Positions 20,126 through 29,263 of a stretch of 64,000 bases of DNA are shown in pieces. The notes below the pieces were generated by a model. That model was not told where the DNA came from. It ran no database searches and was given only the letters and a program-made list of their open reading frames with translations. This DNA comes from an uncultured Alphaproteobacteria bacterium. GTDB lineage: Bacteria; Pseudomonadota; Alphaproteobacteria; ATCC43930; CGMCC-115725. Numbering within the stretch: position 1 is the stretch's first letter; every line of letters starts with the position of its first letter. The stretch spans positions 175,629 to 239,628 of the forward strand of contig CAWGFH010000004.1 in NCBI GenBank assembly GCA_963821795.1, written 5' to 3'. The position numbers and the translations under genes are program-made.

Positions 20126-20850
20126 GTTCGCCGATGCTCGAGTTCAGGGCGGTCGATACCCATTACGGCGACCTCCACGTGCTCAAATCGGTCGATTACC
20201 GGATCGACGCCGGCGAGATCGTCTGCCTGCTCGGCGGCAACGCCTCGGGCAAATCGACGACGATGAAGGCGATCATGGGGACTGTGTCGCCGACCCGTGG
20301 CGACATCCTGCTCGACGATCGATCGTTGCTGGGGGTCAGCACCGCCGAGCGGGTGCGCCGCGGCATTGCCCCGGTGCTCGAGGCGCGGCGCCTGTTTCCG
20401 CGCATGACGGTGTACGAGAACCTCGAAATGGGCGCGTATACCCGACGCCGCGGGCGCGAGTTCGAGGAAGATCTCGCCCGGGTCTTCAGCCTCTTTCCAC
20501 GGGTCGAGGAGCGGTTGCGCCAGATCGCCGGCACGTTGTCAGGCGGCGAGCAGCAGATGGTCGCGATCGGCCGGGCGCTGATGGCGCGGCCCAGGCTCTT
20601 GTGCATGGACGAGCCTTCGATGGGGCTCTCGCCCGCCTATGTCGAGCAGGTCTTCGACATCATCCGCGAGATCAACCGGCAGGGAACGACGATCTTCATG
20701 GTCGAGCAGAACGCCAATATGGCATTGCAGATCGCTAACCGCGCTTACGTCCTGCAAACCGGCCAGGTGGTGCTCAGCGGTCCCGCCGCCGAACTGCGCC
20801 AGAACGAACAGATCCGCCATGCCTATCTCGGCGAGCTGACGGTGCAATAA
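20122..20850 (+). CDS. Branched-chain amino acid ABC transporter ATP-binding protein (LivF type)
   Basis: 242 aa with GGNASGKST, LSGGEQQMVAIGRAL, LLCMDEPSMGL and the terminal motif IRHAYLG. Its start overlaps the livG-type stop. Confidence 0.9.
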   Translation: MSSPMLEFRAVDTHYGDLHVLKSVDYRIDAGEIVCLLGGNASGKSTTMKAIMGTVSPTRGDILLDDRSLLGVSTAERVRRGIAPVLEARRLFPRMTVYENLEMGAYTRRRGREFEEDLARVFSLFPRVEERLRQIAGTLSGGEQQMVAIGRALMARPRLLCMDEPSMGLSPAYVEQVFDIIREINRQGTTIFMVEQNANMALQIANRAYVLQTGQVVLSGPAAELRQNEQIRHAYLGELTVQ

Positions 20851-21014
20851 CCCGACAGGACCGCACCGTCCAACCCGAAAAGGCTTTGATAAACGGAACA
20901 CGGCCAGCTAATTTCGAGACTGACTTCTGCGACAGCTAACCCGCTGAACTCGCTTGCCCCGGTGCAGGTCGCGAAATTCCTCGTCTTTGCGACTCGGTAC
21001 CGAGGGGTCGGATT

Positions 21015-21857
21015 TCACGCCAGCATATCAGGCGCAGTCGCTTCTACGATTTCACGCAATTCGTTCATCGCGTCCTCGAGTGGCTTTGCCACCGTGAGCT
21101 TCGATTTTCTTCCATCTATTTTGTATGAGTCGTTAATTTCTTCCAGTTTGTTCTCGATATTAAGAAAACTCTCATGCAACTGTAATGACGTGAGGCACTC
21201 GGCTACTGCAATGCTCATCTGTAAGTGTAATATGCTTCGACGCTCCTGAGTTTTCAGACCACCTTGCTGGTTGGTGGTCTGCATCGCGGAGATGATATTG
21301 CGATTCCAATTTTGAATGGCGGTTGCGAGTGCGCGCGATTGGCTAATTAACCAGCCGGTTTGTTTCAGTAATTCGGGATTTCTTTCAACAACGAACGGCA
21401 TCTCTTTAAAAAAATCCCACTCTATAAGGTGCATATCTGGACAAATCGTCACGAGCGCACGGTACGTAGACAATGACATTGCAAGCTGTGCGATCTTCTC
21501 GCGGTCGTCGTCGGCCTTCTGTAATGCCTCATAGGCAACGCAGCTCTCCTTGTAGTGCGGAAGGATGTGCTGGCTCACGAAATGGTGCAATGTCTCAATG
21601 TTGTAGCCCATCGCAGAGATAGCGATGTTAATTTGGGCAACCTCTCTTTCTAACCGTTGCGTTGTTGCCTCTGCATTGGAATTTGCAATCTTGGCAGCAT
21701 CGGCTGCAAGTTGTTTGTCGGTGGATTCTCGCGTGGCTTGGGCTTGCTTCACACCGGCCCGATAGGCGATCCACCCGCCGAATATCGCCGCTGCGCCAGC
21801 GATGATAGTCTGCCAGTCATAGAGTAGCCTCCATACGCCGCTGTAGTCTGAGGGCAC
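21015..21857 (-). CDS. Hypothetical 280-aa protein with one N-terminal TM helix and an all-helical-looking body; AT-rich gene immediately downstream of higA
   Basis: In-frame GTG at 21857 is preceded by GGAG at 7 nt and lies 16 nt after the higA stop. TM segment WQTIIAGAAAIFGGWIAYRAG. Hand-counted rows are 20/60 and 22/60 G+C (21121, 21361) versus 43/60 at 20521. I recognise no family motif. Confidence 0.6.
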   Translation of the reverse strand: MPSDYSGVWRLLYDWQTIIAGAAAIFGGWIAYRAGVKQAQATRESTDKQLAADAAKIANSNAEATTQRLEREVAQINIAISAMGYNIETLHHFVSQHILPHYKESCVAYEALQKADDDREKIAQLAMSLSTYRALVTICPDMHLIEWDFFKEMPFVVERNPELLKQTGWLISQSRALATAIQNWNRNIISAMQTTNQQGGLKTQERRSILHLQMSIAVAECLTSLQLHESFLNIENKLEEINDSYKIDGRKSKLTVAKPLEDAMNELREIVEATAPDMLA

Positions 21858-21873
21858 CCCAAAGCTCCAGCAG

Positions 21874-22182
21874 TCACGGACGCGGCTCGTGCAGCTTGCG
21901 CCGCGCCACGGGCTTGACGTTGATTTCGCCTTCATGCTGGCGGGCCTGCGCGAGGTCGTAGGCCAGTTGAAGCCGCAACCACGTTTCCGCGTCGCCGCCA
22001 AACGCCTTACCGAGGCGGATCGCCATATCGGCCGAAATCCCGCTCTTGCCGTTCACCAGATTGTTGAGGGTCTGCCGCGTCACGCCCAAAACTTCCGCCG
22101 CTTCGGTGATGGTCAAGCCAAGCGGTTCAATGCAGTCGTGCCGCACCGAAAGGCCGGGGTGGGGCGGGTTCTTCATGGGCAT
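21874..22182 (-). CDS. higA: HigA-family antitoxin (XRE-type HTH)
   Basis: 102 aa: HPGLSVRHDCIEPLGLTITEAAEVLGVTRQTLNNLVNGKSGISADMAIRLGKAFGGDAETWLRLQLAYDL is the typical HigA/VapI pattern. Confidence 0.85.
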   Translation of the reverse strand: MPMKNPPHPGLSVRHDCIEPLGLTITEAAEVLGVTRQTLNNLVNGKSGISADMAIRLGKAFGGDAETWLRLQLAYDLAQARQHEGEINVKPVARRKLHEPRP

Positions 22183-22199
22183 AGGTGTCCTCCTTCGCG

Positions 22200-22478
22200 C
22201 TAGTGGTAATCGACTAAATCAACATCGGCGGCATCACCCTGCTCGAAGCGGAAGATGATCCGCCAGTTGGCGCGCACGGTGATGCTCCAATAACCGGCAA
22301 GCTCGCCTTTTAACGGGTGCAGCCGGAAGCCGGGCAAATCGAGTTGCTCCGGTCGTGTCGCTTGGTCGAGCCGCGCCAGCATGCGGGCGATTTTGTCGGC
22401 ATGCTGCGGGTTGACCTCGCGCCGGTCGTCGTCTTCGTAGAGGCGTCTAAGGCCGCGATGTCGAAAGCGCCGGATCAT
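22200..22478 (-). CDS. higB: HigB-family toxin (RelE/ParE superfamily, plasmid maintenance system killer type)
   Basis: 92 aa: IRRFRHRGLRRLYEDDD..LHPLKGELAGYWSITVRANWRIIFRFEQGDAADVDLVDYH. Toxin-first gene order, 17 nt upstream of higA. Confidence 0.85.
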   Translation of the reverse strand: MIRRFRHRGLRRLYEDDDRREVNPQHADKIARMLARLDQATRPEQLDLPGFRLHPLKGELAGYWSITVRANWRIIFRFEQGDAADVDLVDYH

Positions 22479-22491
22479 CCCTAAAGCCTAT

Positions 22492-22507
22492 AGTGACAAT
22501 TGTCACT
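22492..22507. promoter_or_regulatory. Perfect 16-bp palindrome AGTGACAATTGTCACT just upstream of higB (candidate HigA operator)
   Basis: All 8 base pairs were checked by hand. The palindrome starts 14 nt upstream of the higB ATG (22478). Confidence 0.5.
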
Positions 22508-22844
22508 TATCAACCACTTTGCGAAACCAGCGATTTCGAGCGGCGCCTGCAATTCGACGAAGGCTACAACGCAGCCATGTCACACGGCGCGGCGGCGTGA
22601 ACGGCTCGGGTTCCAGCAGGATATTGCACCCCAACGTGGGATTAGCTGCAGATTCGCAGCAAATTCGGTTCCTATCCGTGGCGCCCTAAAACAACGGTTG
22701 GGCTCTGCCCTCCGCCCAGGTGTTGCTGCCGCTTCCCGGTCGTGGCGGGTATCGGCTGAGAACGCTGAGCTCGGGCCGATAGTCTTTCGCAACCCTCGCT
22801 TGTCGCATCCGGACCGATTACTCTGACCGAACGGGTACAAACGA

Positions 22845-24023
22845 TTGGAGCAGTTGTCCATGAGCATCGAGGCAAAGACCGCCATACTCGATCATCTCGG
22901 CCGCCAGCATCAGGCCATGGTCTCTATGCTCGCCGAACTCGTGAGCATCGATTCCGGCAGTTACAACAAGCGCGGCGTGGATGCTGTCCAGGATCGGCTG
23001 CGGACCTGGCTCGAAGCCACGGGCATCACCTGCGAGATGTTCCCCCATCAGCGCTTTGGCGGCTGCATGGCGGCGCGGCTGCCCGCCGCGGGCGGCGGCA
23101 ACCGGCCGATCGTGCTGCTGGGGCACTGCGATACCGTCTTTCCCGAGGGCACCGTCGACCAGCGGCCGTTTCGGATCGACGGCAACCGGGCCACGGGGCC
23201 GGGGGTCACCGATATGAAGGCCGGCTTGGTGATGAACACCTTCGTACTCGAGGCGCTGCGGCGGTTCGGCGTCGCTTGCCCGGTGACCTGCCTCTACACC
23301 GCCGACGAGGAGATCGCCTCGCCATCCTCGCGTCCGGTGATCGAGGCCGAAGCGAAGGACGCTCGCGCCGTCTTCAATGCCGAGCCCGGACGGCCTTCCG
23401 GCAATCTCGTCTCGCGGCGCAAGGGAGCCGCCTTCATCGAATTGGAGGTGACCGGCCGCGCCGCCCATTCGGGTGCCGCCCATGCGGATGGGGTCAGCGC
23501 CATCGAGGCGATGGCGCGCAAGATCCAGCGCCTGCACAGACTGACCGATTACGATCTCGGCACGACCGTCAATGTCGGGCTGATGCAGGGTGGCCAGTCG
23601 GTCAACACCGTGGCGCCCCGCGCCACTGCCGGGATCGATGTGCGCTTCCCGACCCTCAACATCATGGAAAAAATTCTCGGTGAGGTGCGCGAGATCTGCA
23701 ATTGTTGCGAATTGCCGGGCAGCGAAAGCCGGATATTGCGCGAGGGCAATTTTCTGCCGCTGGAGCAAGATCAGGCGAGCCGCGAATTGTTGGACCTCTA
23801 TGCCCGTTCGGCAGCAGATCTGGGCATGCCGGGGGTCGGCGGCGAAGCGACCGGGGGCTCGGCCGATAGCGGCTTTACTGCGGCACTCGGCACGCCGACC
23901 TTGTGCGGCACCGGCCCGGTCGGCGGCAATGCCCATACCGACGACGAGTGGTGCCGCATCGACACGATGGTTCCTCGCGCCCAGGCTCTGGCGCTGACGA
24001 TTTTGGAGTTAGGCGCGGCTTGA
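22845..24023 (+). CDS. M20-family metallopeptidase (carboxypeptidase G2 / glutamate carboxypeptidase-like)
   Basis: 392 aa with LLGHCDTVFPEGT, GPGVTDMKAGL and EEIASPSS. Confidence 0.8.
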   Translation: MEQLSMSIEAKTAILDHLGRQHQAMVSMLAELVSIDSGSYNKRGVDAVQDRLRTWLEATGITCEMFPHQRFGGCMAARLPAAGGGNRPIVLLGHCDTVFPEGTVDQRPFRIDGNRATGPGVTDMKAGLVMNTFVLEALRRFGVACPVTCLYTADEEIASPSSRPVIEAEAKDARAVFNAEPGRPSGNLVSRRKGAAFIELEVTGRAAHSGAAHADGVSAIEAMARKIQRLHRLTDYDLGTTVNVGLMQGGQSVNTVAPRATAGIDVRFPTLNIMEKILGEVREICNCCELPGSESRILREGNFLPLEQDQASRELLDLYARSAADLGMPGVGGEATGGSADSGFTAALGTPTLCGTGPVGGNAHTDDEWCRIDTMVPRAQALALTILELGAA

Positions 24024-24085
24024 GGTGCCGCGCCGGCGCGCTCACCCGCCCCGGCTAGCTATATAGCGCCGGGCGGGATAGCCGG

Positions 24086-25346
24086 ATGACCCCAGCCGGT
24101 CTTTCCGAAACACCTGGTCGTCCCTCCCGGCCGCCGGCTTCGCTCTATGTCGCCGGGCCGTTCGCCCAGGGCTATACCGAGTTCTATAACTTCCTGATCC
24201 CGCTTTACGGCCTCTCGCTTGGCATGAAGGCGAGCGAAATCGGCATGCTCGTCGGCGGGCGCTCGCTTCTGGCGGTGTTTCTGTCGATCCATGTCGGGGT
24301 GCTGATGGACCGGTGCGGCACCCGCCGGGTGACTTTGTTCTTCGTCTGGACGGCGATGGCCTTGGCGCCGGTGTTCCCGCTGGTGCCGTGGTTCTGGCCG
24401 TTGCTGGTGCTGCAGGTCGTCAATGGCGGCGCGCTGCAATTCGCCTGGTCGGGCTCGCAGACCTTGATCGCCCAACTGGCGCAGGGAGAGGCCGAATATC
24501 TCGGCCGGTTCAGTTTCTTCGCCCGTTTCGGCACAACCTTGGCACCGATGATCGCCGGCGTAGCCTGGGATCTGGGCGGCGCGTGGCCATCTTATGCGCT
24601 CGGCTTTGCCTGGGGGGCGGCGCTGACCTGGGCATTGCGGCGTGCGCCCGAGGCGCCGGTAGCGGCAGGCGAAGGTCTGGAGCCACGCCGCCAGGCTCGG
24701 TTCCGGGCCAGTGATGCGCTGCCGCGGTTGCCCGACTATGTGCGCTGTTTCGCGCTGATGGCGATACCGGCGGTGGCGACGACGATGGCGATCATCTTTC
24801 TGCGGACTGCCACCAATGGCGTCCAGAGCTCGCTCTATGTCGTCTATGTGAAAGGGCTCGGGCTGACCGGCACGTCGATCGGCATCCTGTTCGCCGCAGC
24901 GGAGATAATGAGCGGATTGGGTGCGCTGTTTGCCGGGCGGCTGATGGCGCTCGGCGACCCGCAGCGCACGATGCTGAGCGGCACCGTCGCGTCGATTTTC
25001 CTGATCTGCGTGACCCCGTTTCTAGGTGGGTCTATTCGCGCTGTTGCTGGTAGCGCAGGCAGCGCGCGGCTGGCTGCAAGGCGTCGTGCAGCCGATGATG
25101 TTTTCGGTGCAGGCCAAGGCCGTAGGCCCGCATCGCCAAGGTTCTGTGGTCGGGCTGCGGCAGACGATGAACCGGCTGGCGGCGATCGTGATCCCGCCGG
25201 TGATGGGCGCTATCGCCGACCGGTGGGGAGCGGGCCAGAGCTTTGTCATCCTGGGCGCTTTGATGCTCGTAATGTGTGCTCCGGTCACACTGATCACCCG
25301 ACGTGCCGCACGAAGCGCGGGGGCGAACCCTACACTGGCCGACTGA
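24086..25346 (+). pseudogene. MFS transporter, frame broken once (extra G in G-run 25028-25030)
   Basis: The 12-TM-type sequence runs in the frame of ORF 24086 to ..LICVTPFLGG. It continues in ORF 25026 as LFALLLVAQAARGWLQGVVQPMMFSVQAK... Length is 1261 nt (3n+1). Confidence 0.75.
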
Positions 25347-25397
25347 CTTTCGCGCTTCTTCCAAGTATATTGCCGGCAGATGCTGGAGCGCCGCACC

Positions 25398-25871
25398 ATG
25401 CCGGATGGACCTCGCTACCATGATGATTTTTACGCCTGGACGCAGCACCAGGCCGAGGTGCTGCGCTCGCTGGAGGTCGCCGACAACCGCTTCGACCGCG
25501 AGCACGTCGCCGAGGAGATCGAGGATTTGGGCAAGGGCGAACGCGACGCGGTGCGCAGCCAGATCCGACGCATCATCGAGCATCTGTTGAAACTCGCCTA
25601 TTCTCCGGCCGAGCCGCCGCGCTTCGATTGGATAGAAACAGTGTTCGATGCTCGGCAGACATTGTCCGATAAGATCAGCCCAACCCTGCGGCGCGATGCG
25701 GAACTGGTTCTTGGCAAGCTCTACGCTGACGGGCGCAAGCGTGCTGCCGAAAGCCTCCGCAGATACGGCGAACCCGCCGCTGCCGCTTCACTGCCTCAAG
25801 CGTGCCCCTTTTTGCTCGACGACGTTTGTCGTGACGATTGGTATCCCGAGCGCCCCGGAGCAAATCCATGA
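25398..25871 (+). CDS. DUF29-domain protein
   Basis: 157 aa from ATG 25398: YHDDFYAWTQHQAEVLRS..FDREHVAEEIEDLGKGERDAVRSQIRRIIEHLLKLAYSP is the characteristic DUF29 pattern. Confidence 0.75.
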   Translation: MPDGPRYHDDFYAWTQHQAEVLRSLEVADNRFDREHVAEEIEDLGKGERDAVRSQIRRIIEHLLKLAYSPAEPPRFDWIETVFDARQTLSDKISPTLRRDAELVLGKLYADGRKRAAESLRRYGEPAAAASLPQACPFLLDDVCRDDWYPERPGANP

Positions 25872-26767
25872 CCCGTGATTTTGTCGGCTACGGCGCCGAA
25901 CCGCCCCATGCCGGCTGGCCCGGCGACGCCCGCATTGCCGTCAATTTCGTCATCAACTTCGAAGAAGGATCGGAACTCTCTTATCCGGCCGGGGACGGCG
26001 TCTCGGAGGGCGGGCTGACCGAAATGCTCGGCAGCGATCTCGGGGTCAGAGGTCGCGACCTGGCCGCCGAAAGCATGTTCGAATATGGCGCGCGAGTCGG
26101 TTTTTGGCGCCTGCACCGCATTTTTACACGCTTTGGCGTGCCGGTAACGATCTTCGGCTGCGCTCGCGCGTTCGAGGCCAATCCGCCCGCAGCGGCGGCG
26201 ATCGCCGCCGCCGACTGGGACATCTGCAGTCACGGCTACCGTTGGACCAATCACCCTGGCCTCGCCGAAGCCGAAGAACGCAAGCAGATCGCCGAGGCCG
26301 TCGCCCTGATCCGCCGGACTACCGGTAAAACCCCCGCCGGCTGGTACTGCCGTTATGCGCCGTCCGAGAATACCCGCCGGTTGATCGTCGAGCATGGCGG
26401 GTTTCTCTACGACAGCGACACCTATAATGACGAGTTGCCATATTGGGTCCAGGTAGCTGGCAAGCCGCATCTAGTCGTGCCCTATTCGCTGACGACCAAC
26501 GACTCGAAATTCGGCCGCGGCGTTTTCGGCTCGGGCGACGATTTCTTCACGTTTCTGCGAGACAGCTTCGATCTCCTCTATGAGGAGGGTGTCGAACGCC
26601 CGCGGATGATGTCGATCGGCTTGCACATGCGCCTGACGGGGCATCCGGGACGCGCCAGGGCGCTAATCCGCTTTATCGAGTACATCCGGGGGCATGACCG
26701 GGTCTGGATCTGCCGCCGCGAGGACATCGCCCGCCACTGGATTGCCCGTTTCCCGCCGCCGAACTAG
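25868..26767 (+). CDS. puuE: Polysaccharide-deacetylase-fold allantoinase (PuuE type)
   Basis: ATG at 25868 overlaps the DUF29 stop (ATGA). N-terminus RDFVGYGAEPPHAGWPGDARIAVNFVINFEEGSE and ..CSHGYRW.. resemble PuuE / urate-catabolism deacetylase-family proteins. Confidence 0.65.
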   Translation: MTRDFVGYGAEPPHAGWPGDARIAVNFVINFEEGSELSYPAGDGVSEGGLTEMLGSDLGVRGRDLAAESMFEYGARVGFWRLHRIFTRFGVPVTIFGCARAFEANPPAAAAIAAADWDICSHGYRWTNHPGLAEAEERKQIAEAVALIRRTTGKTPAGWYCRYAPSENTRRLIVEHGGFLYDSDTYNDELPYWVQVAGKPHLVVPYSLTTNDSKFGRGVFGSGDDFFTFLRDSFDLLYEEGVERPRMMSIGLHMRLTGHPGRARALIRFIEYIRGHDRVWICRREDIARHWIARFPPPN

Positions 26768-26843
26768 GCGGCAAGTCCGAAGACCGTGCCGGTTCGAGCC
26801 TAGGCATCGGCCCCGACTGAGAGACTACGCGGCAGCGTGCGCT

Positions 26844-27660
26844 CTACCCGGGGAGACGCATCGAAAAATAGGCCTCGATCCCCCGCGCGAGACCGCGGGC
26901 GAGCCGCTGCTGATAGGCCGCCTTCTGCAGCAGCTTCTCCTCTGCGGGGTTCGAGAGGCAACCAAGCTCGACTAGCGCCGACGGGATGTCCGGCGCCGTG
27001 AGTACGGCAAAATCGGCCGATCGCTGCGGGTTTTCGAGTAGAGCAACTTCACGCCCAAGCGCGGTCACTAGGTCACGCGCCAGTTTGAGTGATGAATTGT
27101 CCGTCTGCCGTCTTTCCAAATCGATCAGCACATCGCCGACCTCGCGCGGCTCGCGAGACAATTTGACACGGTCGACGACGTCCCGGTTCTCGCTTTCGGC
27201 CAATGCGGCTGCCTCGCGGTCGGAAGCCTTGGCCGACAACGTGAATACCGAAAGCCCGCGCATGGCTTGGTTGGGCAGAGCATCGGCGTGGATGGCCAGG
27301 AACAGATCGGCGTGTCGGGCGCGCGCGCGGGCGACGCGTTCGCGCAATGCAACAAATTCGTCGGGACCGCGAGTCAGCGCTACTCGAAATCGCCGCGTCG
27401 CCCAGAAGCTGCAGCGCCAAGTAGCGTGCGGTCGGATAGACGATGTTTTTTTCGAAGACACCCCCCGGGCCGATCGCGCCCGGGTCAATCCCGCCGTGTC
27501 CGGGATCAATAACGATCATCGGCAGGTAACGCGTCCGCGACAAGGTCGTCCGACCCGGCGGCTGCGCTGATGCGGCATCGAACCCCCATTCGATTGCAGC
27601 GCAGCCCGCCAGCAGGCGCAGAAGGCCGCGCCGCGTGCAAGCGATGTTCCGCATCCCCAC
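26844..27660 (-). pseudogene. N-acetylmuramoyl-L-alanine amidase (Amidase_3), frame broken once near 27397
   Basis: Tat-like signal (TRRGLLRLLAG) and VIDPGHGGIDPGAIG..ARYLALQLLGD lie in the ORF 27073-27660 frame. The sequence continues RRFRVALTRG..LFLAIHADA..FAVLTAPDIPSALVELGCLSN in ORF 26844-27509. Length is 817 nt (3n+1). Confidence 0.8.
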
Positions 27661-27820
27661 CCCCGGCGGCGCGTTCTCGCCCCAAACGAGAGCGGCCGAC
27701 CCTCCAGCATCATGCGATAATCCGGCCAGGGCTGCCAGTGCTCACGATCTTGACACCCGCGGCGAACCGCGCGGTCTGCGGCGGCGGAGCCGGTTTAACC
27801 GCGAAAGCTGGAGTGCCGGC

Positions 27821-28174
27821 TCAGGATCCGCCGAGGCCATCGTCGCTTGAACGGCGCAGCGGCGAGGGGTCGGGAGGGAGCTCGCGCGCCAATGGCCGAC
27901 GAAGAGGGGCGGAGATAGCCCACAACGCGGCGCGCACCGGTCTGCCCAGCCATAGCCGAATAATTTCGGCGGCGACGGTCTTGCGCGGCACGTGGCGCAG
28001 GCTCGCCATGCCATACCGGCGGTAATCCGCGATCCAGGCATTGACCAAACGTTCCGGCACGCCGAGCACGGCAGCCGCTTCTGCGCTTGTCCAACCCTCG
28101 ACGAGGATGCGCTGGACGATTTGGCCTCGCTGTGCGGGGGTAAGGGCGACAGATCGGGCCGGGCGATTTTTCAT
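27821..28174 (-). CDS. Small HTH-domain protein (possibly the N-terminal remnant of an IS481/IS630-type transposase)
   Basis: From ATG 28174: LTPAQRGQIVQRILVEGWTSAEAAAVLGVPERLVNAWIADYRRYGMASL resembles transposase/regulator HTH modules. No catalytic domain follows. Confidence 0.45.
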   Translation of the reverse strand: MKNRPARSVALTPAQRGQIVQRILVEGWTSAEAAAVLGVPERLVNAWIADYRRYGMASLRHVPRKTVAAEIIRLWLGRPVRAALWAISAPLRRPLARELPPDPSPLRRSSDDGLGGS

Positions 28175-28214
28175 GACATGCCAACGTGCGAACATGCTGA
28201 CAATTCCCGCCCGC

Positions 28215-29208
28215 CTACAGTTTGACGTCGACGACAGTCCGGCCGCGGACCTGGCCCTTCAAAATCTGCTCGGCAAGGCCGGGCAGTGCGGAGAGCGGCA
28301 CGGTGCTGGTCATTCGCTCGAGCCGATCCACCGGCAAGAGATGCGCCAGACGCTCCCATGCTTCGATCCGTTCCGCCTGCGGGCACATCACCGAATCGAT
28401 GCCCAGCAGATTGACCCCGCGCAGCAGAAACGGGATCACGGTCGCCGGGAGACTCGCTGCCGCCGGCCAGACCGCAGGCGGCAACGCTAGCGCGGTATTT
28501 CAGCTGGGTAAGGATCGTTGCCAAGGTGTTGCCGCCGACGGCATCGACCGCGCCAGCCCAGCGCTCGCTGTCGAGCGGCCGCGCCGGCGTGACGGCAAGT
28601 GCGGCACGTTCGATCAGATCGGCGGCGCCAAGGTCGGTTAGATAATCGCGTTGCTCGGGGCGGCCGGTGGCGGCCACCACCCGATGGCCTAGTGCGGACA
28701 GCAGTGCGATCGCTACGCTGCCGACCCCGCCTGCGGCGCCAGTTACCAGAACCTCACCGTCGCCGGGACGCAAGCCGTGCCGCTCCAGCGCGATGATCGC
28801 AAGCATCGCGGTAAATCCGGCGGTGCCGATCGCCATCGCCCGTGATGCGCTCAGCCCCCGCGGCCGGTGCACCAGCCAGGACGCCCTGACCCGGGCCTTT
28901 TCGGCATAGCCGCCCCAGTGCACCTCGCCGACCCGCCAGCCGGTCAGGATAACCGGGTCGCCGGGCTTGAACTCGGGCGAATCCGAGTGCTCGACGGTGC
29001 CGGCAAAATCGACCCCGGGTATATGCGGATAGCTGCGCACCAGCCGGCCGATGCCCTGCAGGATCATCCCGTCCTTGTAGTTCACCGTCGAATATTCAAC
29101 CGCGACGGTGACCTCGCCCGGCGGCAGCCGCGCATCGTCTAGCGCCTCTATGCGCGGGACGACTTTTCCGCCCTCTTCGTGCAGCATTAGAGCCTGGAAT
29201 GTCGCCAT
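28215..29208 (-). pseudogene. YhdH/YhfP-type quinone oxidoreductase (MDR family), frame broken once near 28455
   Basis: ..VEYSTVNYKDGM..GAAGGVGSVAIALL..VAACGLAGG (ORF 28171-29208) continues as ..LPATVIPFLLRGVNLLGIDSVMCP..VVDVKL* in ORF 28215-28484. Length is 994 nt (3n+1). Confidence 0.8.
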
Positions 29209-29263
29209 GACGTCCCCTCGGCTGTCGTGTCTCGGTCAGCGGCCCGGCGCTAACGGCAACACG

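Noticed and set aside
21015-21857. R-x4-H (RRSILH, aa 206-211) in the higA-linked protein as a HEPN nuclease motif
   Set aside because: A single short motif occurs by chance. The residue after Arg is not the usual polar N/D/H. I could not verify a HEPN four-helix context without structure or profile tools, so I mention it only as something to test.
20911-22540. Direct repeat ATTTCGAG on both flanks of the higBA islet (20911-20918 and 22533-22540) as possible att or target-site duplication
   Set aside because: An 8-bp match is expected by chance over these distances. There is no integrase or transposase, and the repeats are not at the G+C transition points.
22818-23936. 372-aa ORF antisense to the M20 peptidase; similar long antisense ORFs at 38644-39642, 46994-48160, 50845-51795 and 51991-53010
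   Set aside because: These are typical shadow ORFs of high-GC DNA. Each lies opposite a gene with clear family motifs, has low-complexity Arg/Ala/Gly composition and shows no recognisable domains.
27821-28174. Calling the small HTH ORF a mobile element
   Set aside because: Only an HTH-like 117-aa ORF is present. There is no DDE or catalytic domain, no inverted repeats and no target duplication.
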